A stretch of DNA of 64,000 bases, taken from contig CAMOOO010000001.1 of assembly GCA_946621465.1 (NCBI GenBank), positions 896,386 to 960,385 on the forward strand, read 5' to 3'. The notes under the pieces are model-generated. The model did not search any database. It was not told the origin of the DNA and worked only from the letters and a program-made list of their open reading frames with translations. This document shows positions 1 through 10,654 of this stretch, piece after piece (position 1 is the stretch's first letter; each line of letters begins with the position of its first letter). This stretch comes from an uncultured Clostridia bacterium. GTDB taxonomy: Bacteria > Bacillota > Clostridia > Christensenellales > DTU072. Position numbers and translations under genes: made by a program.

Positions 1-1601
1 CCCATCGAGTGGGCGTACTCGCATAAAAAGTAGGGTCTATTATACCTTACGTCCCCCTTTCTTTTCTCCGACTTTTCTTTCATCTCCTCTATCGGCGTGT
101 ACATTTCGGAAAAAACGTCGAACGGCACTCTTTCGTTTGCGCCGCACCATTCGTAGTGGACGGGGGTATCCGTCTGCGTTTTCAGATAGTCGTAACAGTA
201 CTTTTGGCAGGTCAGTCCCCCCGACTCGTTTCCAAGCGACCACATGATGACGTTGCATAAGTTCCTGTCCCGATAGTACATTCTCTTTACCCGGTCGAGG
301 TAATGTTCTTTCCATTTTTCGTTCCGACTGATGTAGGACAGGTTGTGCGACGCGTGAGCGCAGTGGGTCTCGATATCCGCTTCTTCAATAAGGTACAGAC
401 CGTATTCTCTGCAAAGCCGGACGAACAGTGGGTCGGGTGGGTAGTGGGATGTTCGGACGGCGTTGACGTTATATTCTTTCATAAGTTTAACGTCCCTCTC
501 CATGTCCTCTATACTCATCGTCCAACCCTTTTCCGGATGGGTGTCATGATGATCCACGCCGAAGATTTTAATCTTTTTCCCGTTGAAAAAGAAGGTGTCC
601 CCCGTAATTTCTATACGCGTAAACCCCACCTTTTCGCATACGTACTCCCCCTCATACTCGACAACGACGGGGTACAAAGTGGGGACTTCCGCCGACCATT
701 CGTTGACGGACAGGTCGAAAAATTCAAGATGCGCTTTCCCTTCTTTATCGCACTTTGCCGCCTTTGTAACGCCCAAAAACTCCGCCTTAACGGTATCGTC
801 CGCCCTTCCGCAAGCGACCGTGACGTCCACTTCCAAACGGTACTTTCCCTCTTTAAAACCGGTCTTTACGTGGTAGTCCCAAATATGTTTTTTTTCGGTA
901 GAAAATAATAAGACGTCGCGGAAAATGCCACTGTTGCGGAACATATCCTGCGTTTCCAGATAAGAGCCTGTGCTGAAGCGGTGAACGACCGCAACGATCT
1001 CGTTTTGACCCTCTTTAACGTAATTATTTATGGAAAACTCCGCCGTGTTATGCGCCCCTTCCGAATAGCCGACGAATGCGCCGTTGACAAACAAATCGAG
1101 CGCGGAAGAAACGCCGAGGAAGGACAGGATGAAGTCTTTATCGGTGCTTTTTACAAAGAAAGTTTTTCTGTACACCCCAACTGAATTATACTGGTTCCCC
1201 GCGTAAAAGGTGATCGGGTTGTTATTCGCCAAACGGAACAGTCCTATTCTTCTTTCTTTGGGGATTTTCGGCGGAGCGAACTTAAAGGGCAGATAGGTGG
1301 TAAGATACATTGGATCAAGGTACCCTGTGTATTCCCACACGGACGGCACCGTTATTTTATCAAAAGTCGCACTGTCCGTATCCAACCACTCCCCCAGCTT
1401 TTTGGGATTTTTAAAAAAGCAAAAGTCCCATTCACCGGACAAACAAACGACTTTGTCCGACGAATATCTCCCTTCCTTGGTCGGAACGGATAGAGCGCTT
1501 TTTTTATCGCCGAAAGGAATAAAGTAGGCGCGCGGAGGGAGCTTGTTTTTTTCAAAGGTGGAAAAGGTATAATAATTATCGTTTTTCAGTTGGTATTTCA
1601 T
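1..1601 (-). CDS. GH2 beta-galactosidase (LacZ-like); 3' end runs off the left window edge
   Basis: Absent from the ORF track because there is no stop inside the window. My translation of the minus strand from the ATG at 1601..1599 (MKYQLKNDNYYTF...) stays open to position 1. It contains LacZ-type motifs NAVRTSHYPP, VIMWSLGNESGG and, at the very edge, RPYFLCEYAHSMG. Confidence 0.9.
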   Translation of the reverse strand, partial: MKYQLKNDNYYTFSTFEKNKLPPRAYFIPFGDKKSALSVPTKEGRYSSDKVVCLSGEWDFCFFKNPKKLGEWLDTDSATFDKITVPSVWEYTGYLDPMYLTTYLPFKFAPPKIPKERRIGLFRLANNNPITFYAGNQYNSVGVYRKTFFVKSTDKDFILSFLGVSSALDLFVNGAFVGYSEGAHNTAEFSINNYVKEGQNEIVAVVHRFSTGSYLETQDMFRNSGIFRDVLLFSTEKKHIWDYHVKTGFKEGKYRLEVDVTVACGRADDTVKAEFLGVTKAAKCDKEGKAHLEFFDLSVNEWSAEVPTLYPVVVEYEGEYVCEKVGFTRIEITGDTFFFNGKKIKIFGVDHHDTHPEKGWTMSIEDMERDVKLMKEYNVNAVRTSHYPPDPLFVRLCREYGLYLIEEADIETHCAHASHNLSYISRNEKWKEHYLDRVKRMYYRDRNLCNVIMWSLGNESGGLTCQKYCYDYLKTQTDTPVHYEWCGANERVPFDVFSEMYTPIEEMKEKSEKRKGDVRYNRPYFLCEYAHSM

Positions 1602-1724
1602 ACCATACAGTATACCATCCGGCAGGTTCCCCGTCAACAGCGGCGAGATAAAACGTATTGTCTTTACCGGACAAATATGGTATACTGGCGGTAAAGAAAC
1701 TACTTTTACGCAAGGGGAACCGCT

Positions 1725-4007
1725 ATGAAAAAAGGGATCGTACTTTTCGTCATTCTGATTTGTTTACTGCTCGCCGCCTGCATACCTACCGCAACGACCG
1801 TCACCCTGGACGCAGGTAATCTGGGCGTGGAAATTTCTCAAGACCTGTACGGGATCTTTTTAGAGGATATCTCCTTTGCCTGCGACGGCGGACTGGTCGC
1901 AAACCTCGTCGCAAACACCGGCTTCGACTACGAGGCATCTCCCTTTTTCGCCTGGACGGCAGAGAACCTGACTTGCTCTGTGGAAAGCGATTATGCAATG
2001 AATAGTAACAATCTTCATTACCTGAACGTCAACGTTTCGCACTCCGGCACCCTCTTTAATAAAGGATACGTGGAGTACTATAAATACCTGACGTCCACCT
2101 ACCAAAACGGACTGTCCGATATCCCCGATATGGGCTTTAAAGAGGGAGTGAACTACGCGCTGAAATTTTACGTAAACAACGCCAGTTACGACGGAACGAT
2201 CTCGGCAGCTATCTCCGCTTCGAGCGCCGAAGTCCCTCTATCCGTACCGGAGAAAGGCACCGGCTGGCAAGAAATTAACGCAACCCTGCCTGCCGTTCTT
2301 ACCGTAGACGGCGGACTGACGTTGACTTTTTCGGGGACGGGAACCATCCTTGTCGACAGTTTCGAGCTGGTGGGAAGCGATAGCTACGGCTTCGATAATC
2401 GGGAATGGAAATACGTCTCTCTGCGCTCCGATCTTTACGACGCGCTCGATAAGCTCAATCCTTCCTTCGTGCGCTTCCCCGGTGGGTGCCTTGCCGAAGG
2501 AACCACCCTTTCTCAACTCTACGATTGGAAGGAAACCATCGGCCCGCTTCATGAGAGGAAGCATTACAGCAACATCTGGAACGATGACGAAAAGGGACTG
2601 GCTTACGACAACACCAACGCCATGGGCTACCACGAATACTTTCAGCTTTGCGAAGATCTCGGCGCCAAGGCACTGCCCATTCTGAACGCAGGGACGGTCT
2701 GCCAGTTTCAAATGAAAAAGGACGGCAAGGACTTCAGCGGATGGGAAAAGGCGCACAAAAACGGAGAGATATCCGACAATAGGTGGAACGAATACCTCGC
2801 CGAATTCGCCCTCACGCCCGGCACGGATGAATTTAGCGCCTACGTTCAGGACATTCTCGACCTTATTGAATACGCAAATGGAGATAAAACTACCGTTTGG
2901 GGTGCCAAACGAGCGGAAAACGGACACGATGAACCGTTTAATCTGCAATACATAGGAATTGGGAACGAGAACTGGGGGGAGCTGTACTGGAGGAACTTTG
3001 CCGCCATCTACGCCGTGCTGAAAGATAGAGTCCCCGATATCACCGTCATCTCCTCGGCAGGTCCTTTCTTCGACGGAAGGGAGAAGGAGGAGTCCTATCG
3101 TATCATTGACGAAAACTATCTCGACACCCTGATTGACGAACACTATTATCTTGACAAGGAAAAGATGTTTAATAACTACGACTACTACGATTCTTATCCA
3201 CGCGACCGTCAGGTCTTCGTGGGCGAGTACGCCACCACCTGCTATTTCTTCGGCAGGTACCTGACCAAAAACAACCTGTGGTCGGCGATAGAAGAAGCCG
3301 GCTATATGTGCGGATTCGAGCGGAACGGCGACGTGGTAAAAATGGCCTCCTATGCGCCTACCTTTGCCAAGATCAACGCCCAGCGGTGGAAAGTCAACCT
3401 CATCTGGTTCGACTCCCAAAACATCGTACTGACGCCAAACTATTTTAATCAAATGCTCTTTGCAAACAACGTCGGCAATCGCGTTTTAAAAACGGACCTG
3501 AACAAAAAAGGAGTGACCTCTTCCGCCACCGTAGACGAAAAAAACCGGGTCATTTATTACAAAGTAGTCAATAGCGGCGATAAATCTTTCGACCTGAAAA
3601 TGGACCTATCCGGCTTCGGAAAAGTCAACGCCTCTTCCATGCAGTATCTTTCGGATAGCAGCAAAGCCGCCTGCAACGAACTAGCATCTACCACCGTCGT
3701 TCCCAAACAAAAGGACTGCGATATAACCGACAACTCCGTTTCCGTCACCATCGACGGACAAAGTATCAACGTCATCCGCATCTACTACGGCGACAACGAC
3801 GGCTCGAACGCATATACGTTGCCTCCGCTCCCCGATACCATGGAGCAGAACGTCACCAAATTCGCCAAGCCCTACCTTACCCTCGACGGACTCCTCGCTA
3901 TCGTCATCCCCTTTGGCATTTTCGCACTCGCCGCGCTGCTGTTTTTGTCCGTTAAGATTGTCAAAAAGCTCCGCTTATCCGGCAAGAAAGATCGTAGCGA
4001 TAATTGA
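1725..4007 (+). CDS. GH51-like alpha-L-arabinofuranosidase with lipoprotein-type signal peptide and C-terminal TM anchor
   Basis: 760-aa ORF. N-terminus is LLLAAC. Motifs: GIFLEDI, VRFPGGCLAEG, YIGIGNENWG (acid/base-like) and VFVGEYA (nucleophile-like). C-terminal hydrophobic helix followed by KKLRLSGKK. Confidence 0.7.
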   Translation: MKKGIVLFVILICLLLAACIPTATTVTLDAGNLGVEISQDLYGIFLEDISFACDGGLVANLVANTGFDYEASPFFAWTAENLTCSVESDYAMNSNNLHYLNVNVSHSGTLFNKGYVEYYKYLTSTYQNGLSDIPDMGFKEGVNYALKFYVNNASYDGTISAAISASSAEVPLSVPEKGTGWQEINATLPAVLTVDGGLTLTFSGTGTILVDSFELVGSDSYGFDNREWKYVSLRSDLYDALDKLNPSFVRFPGGCLAEGTTLSQLYDWKETIGPLHERKHYSNIWNDDEKGLAYDNTNAMGYHEYFQLCEDLGAKALPILNAGTVCQFQMKKDGKDFSGWEKAHKNGEISDNRWNEYLAEFALTPGTDEFSAYVQDILDLIEYANGDKTTVWGAKRAENGHDEPFNLQYIGIGNENWGELYWRNFAAIYAVLKDRVPDITVISSAGPFFDGREKEESYRIIDENYLDTLIDEHYYLDKEKMFNNYDYYDSYPRDRQVFVGEYATTCYFFGRYLTKNNLWSAIEEAGYMCGFERNGDVVKMASYAPTFAKINAQRWKVNLIWFDSQNIVLTPNYFNQMLFANNVGNRVLKTDLNKKGVTSSATVDEKNRVIYYKVVNSGDKSFDLKMDLSGFGKVNASSMQYLSDSSKAACNELASTTVVPKQKDCDITDNSVSVTIDGQSINVIRIYYGDNDGSNAYTLPPLPDTMEQNVTKFAKPYLTLDGLLAIVIPFGIFALAALLFLSVKIVKKLRLSGKKDRSDN

Positions 4008-4074
4008 CCGCCACCGAGCGTTTTTACCGTCCGATAGCCTTGCTTTTCGTGGCAAATATTTGTATAATGTAGAT

Positions 4075-5259
4075 ATGCGCAAACGTTATTTTTTTAAGAA
4101 AAACTTTCCCATACCACCCATACAGGAGTGGAAGAGTGAAGACGAGTACCTGCTGCGTTTAGACGGCGGCGTCGTTACGTCCAATAAAGATTACGTCCTT
4201 TGTTTGGAAAAAGATCCTACAAGGGATTTTGTCATTCTGAACCTGACCGATATCCAGCTTCGACTGCCGGAGATTAAAAAGGACGCCGACTGCGTCGCTA
4301 TCGCGGAAAAGACCATACGGCGTTTAATTAAGACGGTCAGACCGGACCTTATCACGGTGACCGGAGATCAAGGGTTCGGCGACAAAACGGAGTTACTTAT
4401 CGTAGGTCGCATGATCGACCGGTACGGCATCCCCTGGGCGCCCGTTTTCGGCAATGCGGATAACCGTAGCGACGAAGGTATCTCCACCGGTAAGCAGACC
4501 TTTCTGTACGAAAACGCTTTTAAAAACTGTCTCTTAAAAGCCGGACCGACCAACCTCGCCAAGCTGGAAAACGGCAGTATACGGTACGGCAATTACGTCG
4601 TCAACGTCGTGGAAAAGGATGCGTCGACAAACGGCTTTCATGTCGTCAGATCTCTCCTCTTTATGAATAGCGGAGACGAAGAAAGGTACGACCCGAGCGA
4701 CTATCCCGGGCAGGAACGCGCCAATCCGGACGAGTACTCGCATCTAACCAAAAAGCAACTGGAATGGTACGCGTGGGCGACAAGGGGGGCTAAGAAGTAC
4801 GGAACGAAAGTCCCCTCTACCCTGTTTTTGCACATCCCTATCTTTGCCTACAACGAGGCGTACAAGGCCGCCAAAGGCGAGAATGGTTGGAAGAAAGGAT
4901 ACGAGGAGTCTTTCGGTGAAATGCGCGAAACGTCCGGCACGCCGCCCTATGACGACGGGGTAATGGAAGCAATAAAAGAAACCGGCTCCACCGACTCCGT
5001 TGTCTGCGGACACGACCATAGAAATAACTTTATTATCACCCATAACGGGGTGACTTTTTGCTACGGGCTGAAGACGGGCAAAGGGTGCTACTGGGACAAA
5101 GATATGTCCGGCGGCACCGTCATAAGGGTAAAAAAAGACGGGACAAAATCAATTCGTCATCAATTCTGTCCCGTAAAAGTAATCGGTCTGCCGCGATGGA
5201 TCTATCCGATCTTTTTCGCCGTCGGCGTAGCTGTCGGGATTCTTGCTTGTCTACTCTAA
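4075..5259 (+). CDS. calcineurin-like metallophosphoesterase with C-terminal TM helix
   Basis: ORF 3913..5259, start moved to the ATG at 4075 (MRKRYFF) to avoid overlapping the upstream gene. Motifs TVTGDQGFGD, FGNADN and CGHDHRNNF. Confidence 0.7.
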   Translation: MRKRYFFKKNFPIPPIQEWKSEDEYLLRLDGGVVTSNKDYVLCLEKDPTRDFVILNLTDIQLRLPEIKKDADCVAIAEKTIRRLIKTVRPDLITVTGDQGFGDKTELLIVGRMIDRYGIPWAPVFGNADNRSDEGISTGKQTFLYENAFKNCLLKAGPTNLAKLENGSIRYGNYVVNVVEKDASTNGFHVVRSLLFMNSGDEERYDPSDYPGQERANPDEYSHLTKKQLEWYAWATRGAKKYGTKVPSTLFLHIPIFAYNEAYKAAKGENGWKKGYEESFGEMRETSGTPPYDDGVMEAIKETGSTDSVVCGHDHRNNFIITHNGVTFCYGLKTGKGCYWDKDMSGGTVIRVKKDGTKSIRHQFCPVKVIGLPRWIYPIFFAVGVAVGILACLL

Positions 5260-7410
5260 AGAAAGCACGAAAACCTTTTCTTTGCCTTCTTCCTTTTCCG
5301 AAAGTATCTTCTGACGGAAATTAAAATCGCATTCAATGCCGCTCGGTATCTCAATACGATATTCGGCGGTATTTTCTTTTACCGTCCAACTAATATTCAT
5401 GCCGTTATAGGTTCCGGAAAGGTTCTTTATAGTACCCGTAACGTCGAATTCCGGACGAATAATGAAGTGCGTTGCGCCCGGTTTATCGGGGTTACGTCTC
5501 AGACCCAATCCGTACTCGAACACCCACCCTATGCAGGCGCCGAAGGAGTAATGGTTATAGCTGTTCATACCGGCGTTTTGGAAGGGGTCTTCCAGTTCGC
5601 TTCTGTATCCGTCCCATCTTTCCCAAATGGTCGTAGCTCCCTGTCCGACGGTATATCCCCAGGACGGGAACCTGGTCTCGCCGAGCAATTTATAGGCAAG
5701 GTCGCTTCTGCCGATCTCGGAGAGTATGGGCAGCAGGTACCTCGTCCCGATAAAGCCGGTGTTAAGTAGTCCGTCGTTTTCTTCTATCTTTCTGACCAGG
5801 TTGTCTTTGATTTCTCTTGGCGTAGAGAACCCGAAGGCGCAAGCAAGGACGTACGCCGTTTGCGTATCGTTGGCGATCTTGTTCTTTTTGTAGTATTTGT
5901 TTTTCAACGCATTTACGATATTCTGCGACAGAATACGGTATTTCTTCTCCTCTTTGTCACCGAGGACTTTGCACATCTCGGCAACGAGGTGCGCGCTATA
6001 AGCGAAATAGGCGGTGGAGATATACCCTTTATCCGTCGTGTTGTCGATACTGAGCCAGTCGCCAAAGCCCTGCGCCGGACGGAGATACTTAAAGGAATGT
6101 CTTTTGCAGAAATGTATCCAGCGTTTGCAAGCGCCAAGGTTATCGCGTAAAATCTTTTTGTCTCCGTACGCAAGGTAGTGCATATAGGGGATCACCGTTA
6201 CTGCGTCCGCCCATGCGGCGCTGATACCGAGGATAGGAGCGAATTTAAAGAACGGCGCAACGTGGACCACACCGCCGTTGCGTTTTTGAGCGTCGCGGAT
6301 ATCGGTCATATATTTTTCATAAAACTCTTTGCAGTCGTACAGATACATTGCCGTGGGGCAGAACACCTGCGCGTCCGCCGTCCAACCCAGTCTCTCGTCC
6401 CGTTGCGGACAGTCGGTGGGGGTAGCGACGAAGTTACTCCTCAGTCCCCACACGGCGTTGCTATAAATTTTATTGACCAGTTCGTTATCCGTCTCCAGCG
6501 TTCCGCGGCGAATAAGGTCGTTGTGGCAGGCAAGCCCGGTCATCTCCAGCACCTCTGCCTCCCCCTCTTCTACCGTAACTTCGATGTAGCGGAAACCGTG
6601 ATAGGTAAAGCTCGGCTGGAAAATTTCTTCGCCCTCGCCCTTTAAAATGACGTAATCGGTACAACGGGCCCTACGCAAATTTTCGGTATACACTTTGCCG
6701 TCTTTACCCAATAGCTCGGCGTATCTGAAACGCACCTTCGCCCCCGGCGTTCCCTTCAAACGGAAACGTACGACGCCGGCAAAGTTCTGCTCGGTGTCCC
6801 AAAGGGTATCGGATAATTTTTTTACGGGCAGACGTTCTACCAGTCGCACGGGCGGACACTCCTGCTTTTCCAATAGGCGGGTGTATTTATCTTTTACGAC
6901 TTCCACCGGCTGATCGCATTTCGGCTCGATCCGCAGGTCGCGGAATTCTCCGCAGAGGATGTCGCCGTAAACGACCTGGCTTTTGGACGCTCTCCAGCTT
7001 TCGTCCGTCTCGATGATCTTTTCGCTGCCGTCCTCGAACTGAACGGTCAGTACCGCCCACAGCTTCAGCGGATATTTGCCGTACCTGTCGCGGAGCGACC
7101 AACAAATGCGCCCCGTATACCATCCGTCGGCGACGATGACGTCGAGGACGTTCTCCTCTTTCAATTTGTCCGTGAGATCGTATTCGTAATAGGGTATCCT
7201 TTTGGTATAATCGGTCCAGCCGGGCGCGAGAAAGTCATCGGAAAAAGGTTCTCCGTTGAGCGTCGCTTTGTGGACGCCGAGCGAAGTAATTTTCAGCGTT
7301 GCTTTTTTTACCTTTTTATCCAACGTAAATTTCTTACGGAAAATGGGACAGGGCGCGCCGTGCAAATCCGTCAGCAGTGCCTTTCCCGTTCTAAAACCTA
7401 TCCAACTCAT
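5251..7410 (-). CDS. GH78 alpha-L-rhamnosidase
   Basis: ORF 5251..7470. The start at MSWIGF (ATG 7410) is preceded by GGAGG. It shows the typical GH78 N-terminus (PIFRKKFTL...ATLKITSLGVHKATLNGEP) and the motif PTDCPQRDERLGWTADAQ. Confidence 0.85.
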   Translation of the reverse strand: MSWIGFRTGKALLTDLHGAPCPIFRKKFTLDKKVKKATLKITSLGVHKATLNGEPFSDDFLAPGWTDYTKRIPYYEYDLTDKLKEENVLDVIVADGWYTGRICWSLRDRYGKYPLKLWAVLTVQFEDGSEKIIETDESWRASKSQVVYGDILCGEFRDLRIEPKCDQPVEVVKDKYTRLLEKQECPPVRLVERLPVKKLSDTLWDTEQNFAGVVRFRLKGTPGAKVRFRYAELLGKDGKVYTENLRRARCTDYVILKGEGEEIFQPSFTYHGFRYIEVTVEEGEAEVLEMTGLACHNDLIRRGTLETDNELVNKIYSNAVWGLRSNFVATPTDCPQRDERLGWTADAQVFCPTAMYLYDCKEFYEKYMTDIRDAQKRNGGVVHVAPFFKFAPILGISAAWADAVTVIPYMHYLAYGDKKILRDNLGACKRWIHFCKRHSFKYLRPAQGFGDWLSIDNTTDKGYISTAYFAYSAHLVAEMCKVLGDKEEKKYRILSQNIVNALKNKYYKKNKIANDTQTAYVLACAFGFSTPREIKDNLVRKIEENDGLLNTGFIGTRYLLPILSEIGRSDLAYKLLGETRFPSWGYTVGQGATTIWERWDGYRSELEDPFQNAGMNSYNHYSFGACIGWVFEYGLGLRRNPDKPGATHFIIRPEFDVTGTIKNLSGTYNGMNISWTVKENTAEYRIEIPSGIECDFNFRQKILSEKEEGKEKVFVLSLE

Positions 7411-7429
7411 ATTGTTTTTCCTCCGATAA

Positions 7430-8416
7430 TTAGTATATTTCCGCCAAAGCGTTCTTTTTGGCGTCTTCAAGATATTGATAATTGGCGGGGTTGCAATCCT
7501 CGTCCTTATATTTAAAATAGCTGATAAAACTCAGATCCAGGCTAAACGCGCCGTTGGTCGCCTGATCTTTACTGTTGCAATAGCGGAAGTACCCGTTATC
7601 CCATATCTGATAGGTCTTTTTGATGGACGTGTAGTATCCGCCGCTCAGACCTGCCTGCAAATTCTCTATCGTCTTTTCCGTCGTCTTGGGATTGTCGGCG
7701 TCAAGGACGAACTTGACGGTATAGTACTCTTTTTCGGCGTCGTACGTTACCGTTGCGGAAGTGACCGTCTCTAAAGAGATCGTCTGTTCCGTTTGCTCGA
7801 ACGTCCCCTCTTGTTCGGCGCAGAAAACGGGGACCTTATCGTGCTTGGGGTAGCCGTTTGCCCGATTGTCCTCGCTCCAGTCCGCTTCGATGTGGAAATT
7901 CTTTTCTTTTATCTCCACCGTCGGTTTCAGAACCTTTTCCGAATACAGGTAATCCATTTCGGCAATATCAACGTAGCTACGGATGGCAAAGAGGGTCCGT
8001 TCCATATTCTTTCCTTTTAAGAAAATTTCGTAATCTTTCTCGGTACCGGAATAATCGGCGTAGTAATATTCCGTACCGCTTTTAATGGTGAAGCGGCAGC
8101 CCTGGCAAGGGACTTCGATCATTCCGCCGATATCCGTCTTCGTGGTGTAGTCCTCGACGATAGCGGCTTTTTCACAGTTTTGAAAGGCGGCGCAAGCGGT
8201 GTTATATAAATACAGGGCGTATTCGATTTCCGTTTCGAAGTCTTCCGCCGAAAGGGTCAATACACTCTCGCACTGTGGCTTATCCGTTTCGATCTTGGCG
8301 CGCTGAGCGGTACTCTTACTCTTCTGTCCTGCCACGATAAAGTAGATACCCACGATAACGCCGACAAGCACGGCGACCAGAATGATCCCAACCAGTATCT
8401 TCAAAAATTTTTTCAT
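7430..8416 (-). CDS. hypothetical protein with N-terminal membrane anchor
   Basis: ORF 7430..8485, start moved to MKKFLKILVGIILVAVLV (ATG 8416). Single N-terminal TM helix; no recognisable catalytic motif. Confidence 0.5.
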   Translation of the reverse strand: MKKFLKILVGIILVAVLVGVIVGIYFIVAGQKSKSTAQRAKIETDKPQCESVLTLSAEDFETEIEYALYLYNTACAAFQNCEKAAIVEDYTTKTDIGGMIEVPCQGCRFTIKSGTEYYYADYSGTEKDYEIFLKGKNMERTLFAIRSYVDIAEMDYLYSEKVLKPTVEIKEKNFHIEADWSEDNRANGYPKHDKVPVFCAEQEGTFEQTEQTISLETVTSATVTYDAEKEYYTVKFVLDADNPKTTEKTIENLQAGLSGGYYTSIKKTYQIWDNGYFRYCNSKDQATNGAFSLDLSFISYFKYKDEDCNPANYQYLEDAKKNALAEIY

Positions 8417-8557
8417 CGCATTATTCCTTCTTTTGCAAAAAAATAAGTACCTATTTATAATAGTTAAAAATAAGGAAAAAGTCAATAGTGGTTTTAGCTC
8501 CGGAGCAACCTTTATTGGGGTATTGTCAAAAAAGCAAAGTCAAGGTATAATAATTTT

Positions 8558-9544
8558 ATGACAAGAATTCTACCGGGTAGCGTCCCCAACAAAACGCAAA
8601 AAGCGCAAATGGACCGGAAGTACGGGATGTTTATCCACTTCGGTATCAACACTTTCAACAACCTCGAGTGGTCGGACGGCACTTTGCCGGTGGACAGTTA
8701 TCGTCCTGACGAGATCGACGCAGACAGCTGGGTGGAAAACGCCAAAAAGGCGGGGATGAAATATGTTATTATCATCACCAAACATCACGACGGCTTTTGT
8801 CTGTTCCATACTAAGTACACCGATTACGGCGTACAGAGTTCTCCCAATCCGACCGACGTCATTGCCGAAGTCGCCAAAGCCTGTAAAAAGCACGGCATCG
8901 GACTGGGAATGTACTATTCTCTATGGGATAGACACGAACCGTGCTATAACGGCGACGAAAAGTACGTCGACTTTATGTGCAACCAATTGACCGAGCTACT
9001 GGGCGGAAAGTACGGCGACGTATGCGAACTGTGGCTGGACGGGAGCTGGGACAAAAAGCCGGAACAGTGGAACGTCCCCAAACTCTACGACCTCGTCCAT
9101 AAGTTGCAACCCGATTGCGCCTTTGCCGTCAACCACACCATTGGGAGCAAGTGCCGCCTGAATATTATCAAACGCCTTTACTTCCCCGACCGCTACAAAG
9201 AGGGCATGCCTATCCGCTATTTCCCTGCGGATTTCCGCCTGTGCGATCCCTGGTTTACAAAGCCGGGGAAAGGCAGAGACCCCAAACTCTATAAACACGA
9301 CAAAAAGCTCTACTACCTGCCTTTTGAAGCGACTATCTGTATGCGTACCAGCGGACACTGGTTCTGGAGTGATAAATACCTGGACTCCCCTCCGCGCACT
9401 CCCGAGTACATCGTCGAAAAATATCGGCATATGGAAGAACAAAACAACCTATTGGTCATTAACGTCGCCCCCAACGTCCACGGAAAACAAGAAGAGAACG
9501 ATATCGCTCCCCTCTTAAAAGCTAAATTTTTGCTTGGACTGTAA
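8558..9544 (+). CDS. GH29 alpha-L-fucosidase (apparently cytoplasmic)
   Basis: 328-aa ORF with YGMFIHFGINTF, ITKHHDGFCLFHTKYTDY and ELWLDGSWD. No signal peptide. Confidence 0.85.
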   Translation: MTRILPGSVPNKTQKAQMDRKYGMFIHFGINTFNNLEWSDGTLPVDSYRPDEIDADSWVENAKKAGMKYVIIITKHHDGFCLFHTKYTDYGVQSSPNPTDVIAEVAKACKKHGIGLGMYYSLWDRHEPCYNGDEKYVDFMCNQLTELLGGKYGDVCELWLDGSWDKKPEQWNVPKLYDLVHKLQPDCAFAVNHTIGSKCRLNIIKRLYFPDRYKEGMPIRYFPADFRLCDPWFTKPGKGRDPKLYKHDKKLYYLPFEATICMRTSGHWFWSDKYLDSPPRTPEYIVEKYRHMEEQNNLLVINVAPNVHGKQEENDIAPLLKAKFLLGL

Positions 9545-9564
9545 AATAGTTTCTTAACCGACTA

Positions 9565-9593
9565 CGGGGCTGAAAAATCAGCCCCGTTTTTTT
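9565..9593 (+). terminator. rho-independent terminator between convergent genes
   Basis: Hairpin CGGGGCTGA-AAAA-TCAGCCCCG followed by TTTTTTT. Confidence 0.6.
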
Positions 9594-9594
9594 A

Positions 9595-10131
9595 TCAATA
9601 ATTATTCGCGCTCACTTCAAAATAGCTCTGCGGATGATTGCAGGTGGGACAAATCTCGGGTGCTTTCGGTCCGACGACGATATGACCGCAGTTTCTGCAT
9701 TCCCATACCTTTATCTCCGATTTTTCAAAGACCTGCGCCGTTTCTATATTCCTCAGCAGCGCGCGATAGCGTTCTTCATGGCGTTTTTCTATGGCGCCGA
9801 CCAGACGGAACTTTGTCGCCAGCTCCGGGAAGCCTTCTTCTTCCGCCGTTTTGGCAAAGCCCTCGTACATATCCGTCCATTCGTAGTTTTCTCCGTCGGC
9901 AGCGGCCTTTAAGTTGTCCGTCGTTTTACCGATACCGGCCAGCTCTTTAAACCACATTTTCGCGTGTTCTTTTTCGTTGTCCGCCGTCTTCATAAAAATC
10001 TCGGCGATCTGCTCGTATCCCTCCTTCTTTGCGACGGAAGAAAAGTAAGTGTATTTGTTCCTTGCCTGGCTTTCGCCTGCAAATGCGGCAAGTAAATTCT
10101 TTTCCGTTTGTGTTCCTGCGTACTTAGTCAT
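9595..10131 (-). CDS. rbr: rubrerythrin
   Basis: 178 aa. Ferritin-like EXXH pairs ([20 protein letters not shown]) plus a C-terminal rubredoxin-like CRNCG...CPTCNHP. Confidence 0.9.
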   Translation of the reverse strand: MTKYAGTQTEKNLLAAFAGESQARNKYTYFSSVAKKEGYEQIAEIFMKTADNEKEHAKMWFKELAGIGKTTDNLKAAADGENYEWTDMYEGFAKTAEEEGFPELATKFRLVGAIEKRHEERYRALLRNIETAQVFEKSEIKVWECRNCGHIVVGPKAPEICPTCNHPQSYFEVSANNY

Positions 10132-10187
10132 ACCTTATTCTCCTTTTTTTAGTTATTTTGACTTTATTATAGCAAGTTCGCATAAAA

Positions 10188-10216
10188 TTGACAATAGCCA
10201 AAGTTTATTTTATAAT
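10188..10216 (+). promoter_or_regulatory. sigma70/sigmaA-type promoter
   Basis: TTGACA (10188-10193), 17-nt spacer, TATAAT (10211-10216). RBS AAGGAG and the ATG at 10253 lie downstream. Confidence 0.5.
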
Positions 10217-10252
10217 AGACAGTAGAAAACAATAATAAGGAGCAAACGATCT

Positions 10253-10459
10253 ATGTCCGAAAATAAAACGGTATGTCACTGCATGAACGTCTCCGTCGCC
10301 GATATCGAAAAAGCGGTACACGAAGCCACCCATTTCTCCACTGTTGAACAGGCTTTTGACAAAGTCCAGATGTCCACGCACTGTTCCACCGGTTGCGGCG
10401 GCTGTCACGACAACGTCATGGACGTCATTTCCGTCATTATGAGCGGAAATAATCTTTAA
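10253..10459 (+). CDS. BFD-like [2Fe-2S]-binding domain protein
   Basis: 68 aa with the CHC...C...CSTGCGGC cysteine pattern typical of bacterioferritin-associated-ferredoxin-like domains. Confidence 0.75.
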   Translation: MSENKTVCHCMNVSVADIEKAVHEATHFSTVEQAFDKVQMSTHCSTGCGGCHDNVMDVISVIMSGNNL

Positions 10460-10654
10460 TAGTAAATAGAGGAATACCACTTCTCTTCCCTTCCTGTATG
10501 AGAGCGACGCATTGTTTGACAATCGCTCCGATATATGATATACATGAGATGATCGCCTTTTGAGTTAAACCTACGTAAGGTTTTTCTTTTAATGCGGTTT
10601 GTTTGCTCTTAGCTTTGAGCATAAATAATAAAAAAATAAGGATCATTATTCAAT

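Noticed and set aside
303-1527. Plus-strand ORFs 303..908, 583..876, 981..1184 and 1297..1527 listed in the track at the left edge
   Set aside because: The real gene here is the minus-strand GH2 beta-galactosidase, which the track omits because it runs off the edge. The listed ORFs are shadow frames.
2238-3452. 404-aa minus-strand ORF inside the GH51-like gene. Similar antisense ORFs occur at 18253..19026, 19611..20579, 24044..24817, 47540..48295, 49496..50149 and 50414..51322.
   Set aside because: Each lies antisense to an ORF with strong family motifs, shows no recognisable motifs of its own and has no RBS. These are typical shadow ORFs.
3913-4074. N-terminal extensions suggested by the ORF track. 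This one is for the phosphoesterase; others are at 7411..7470, 8417..8485, 15910..16083, 26662..26841, 28705..28815, 30441..30533, 37531..37620 and 43097..43180.
   Set aside because: The extensions overlap upstream genes or intergenic promoters, lack an RBS and encode non-homologous sequence. In each case an internal ATG preceded by a GGAGG-like RBS gives the expected family N-terminus or signal peptide.
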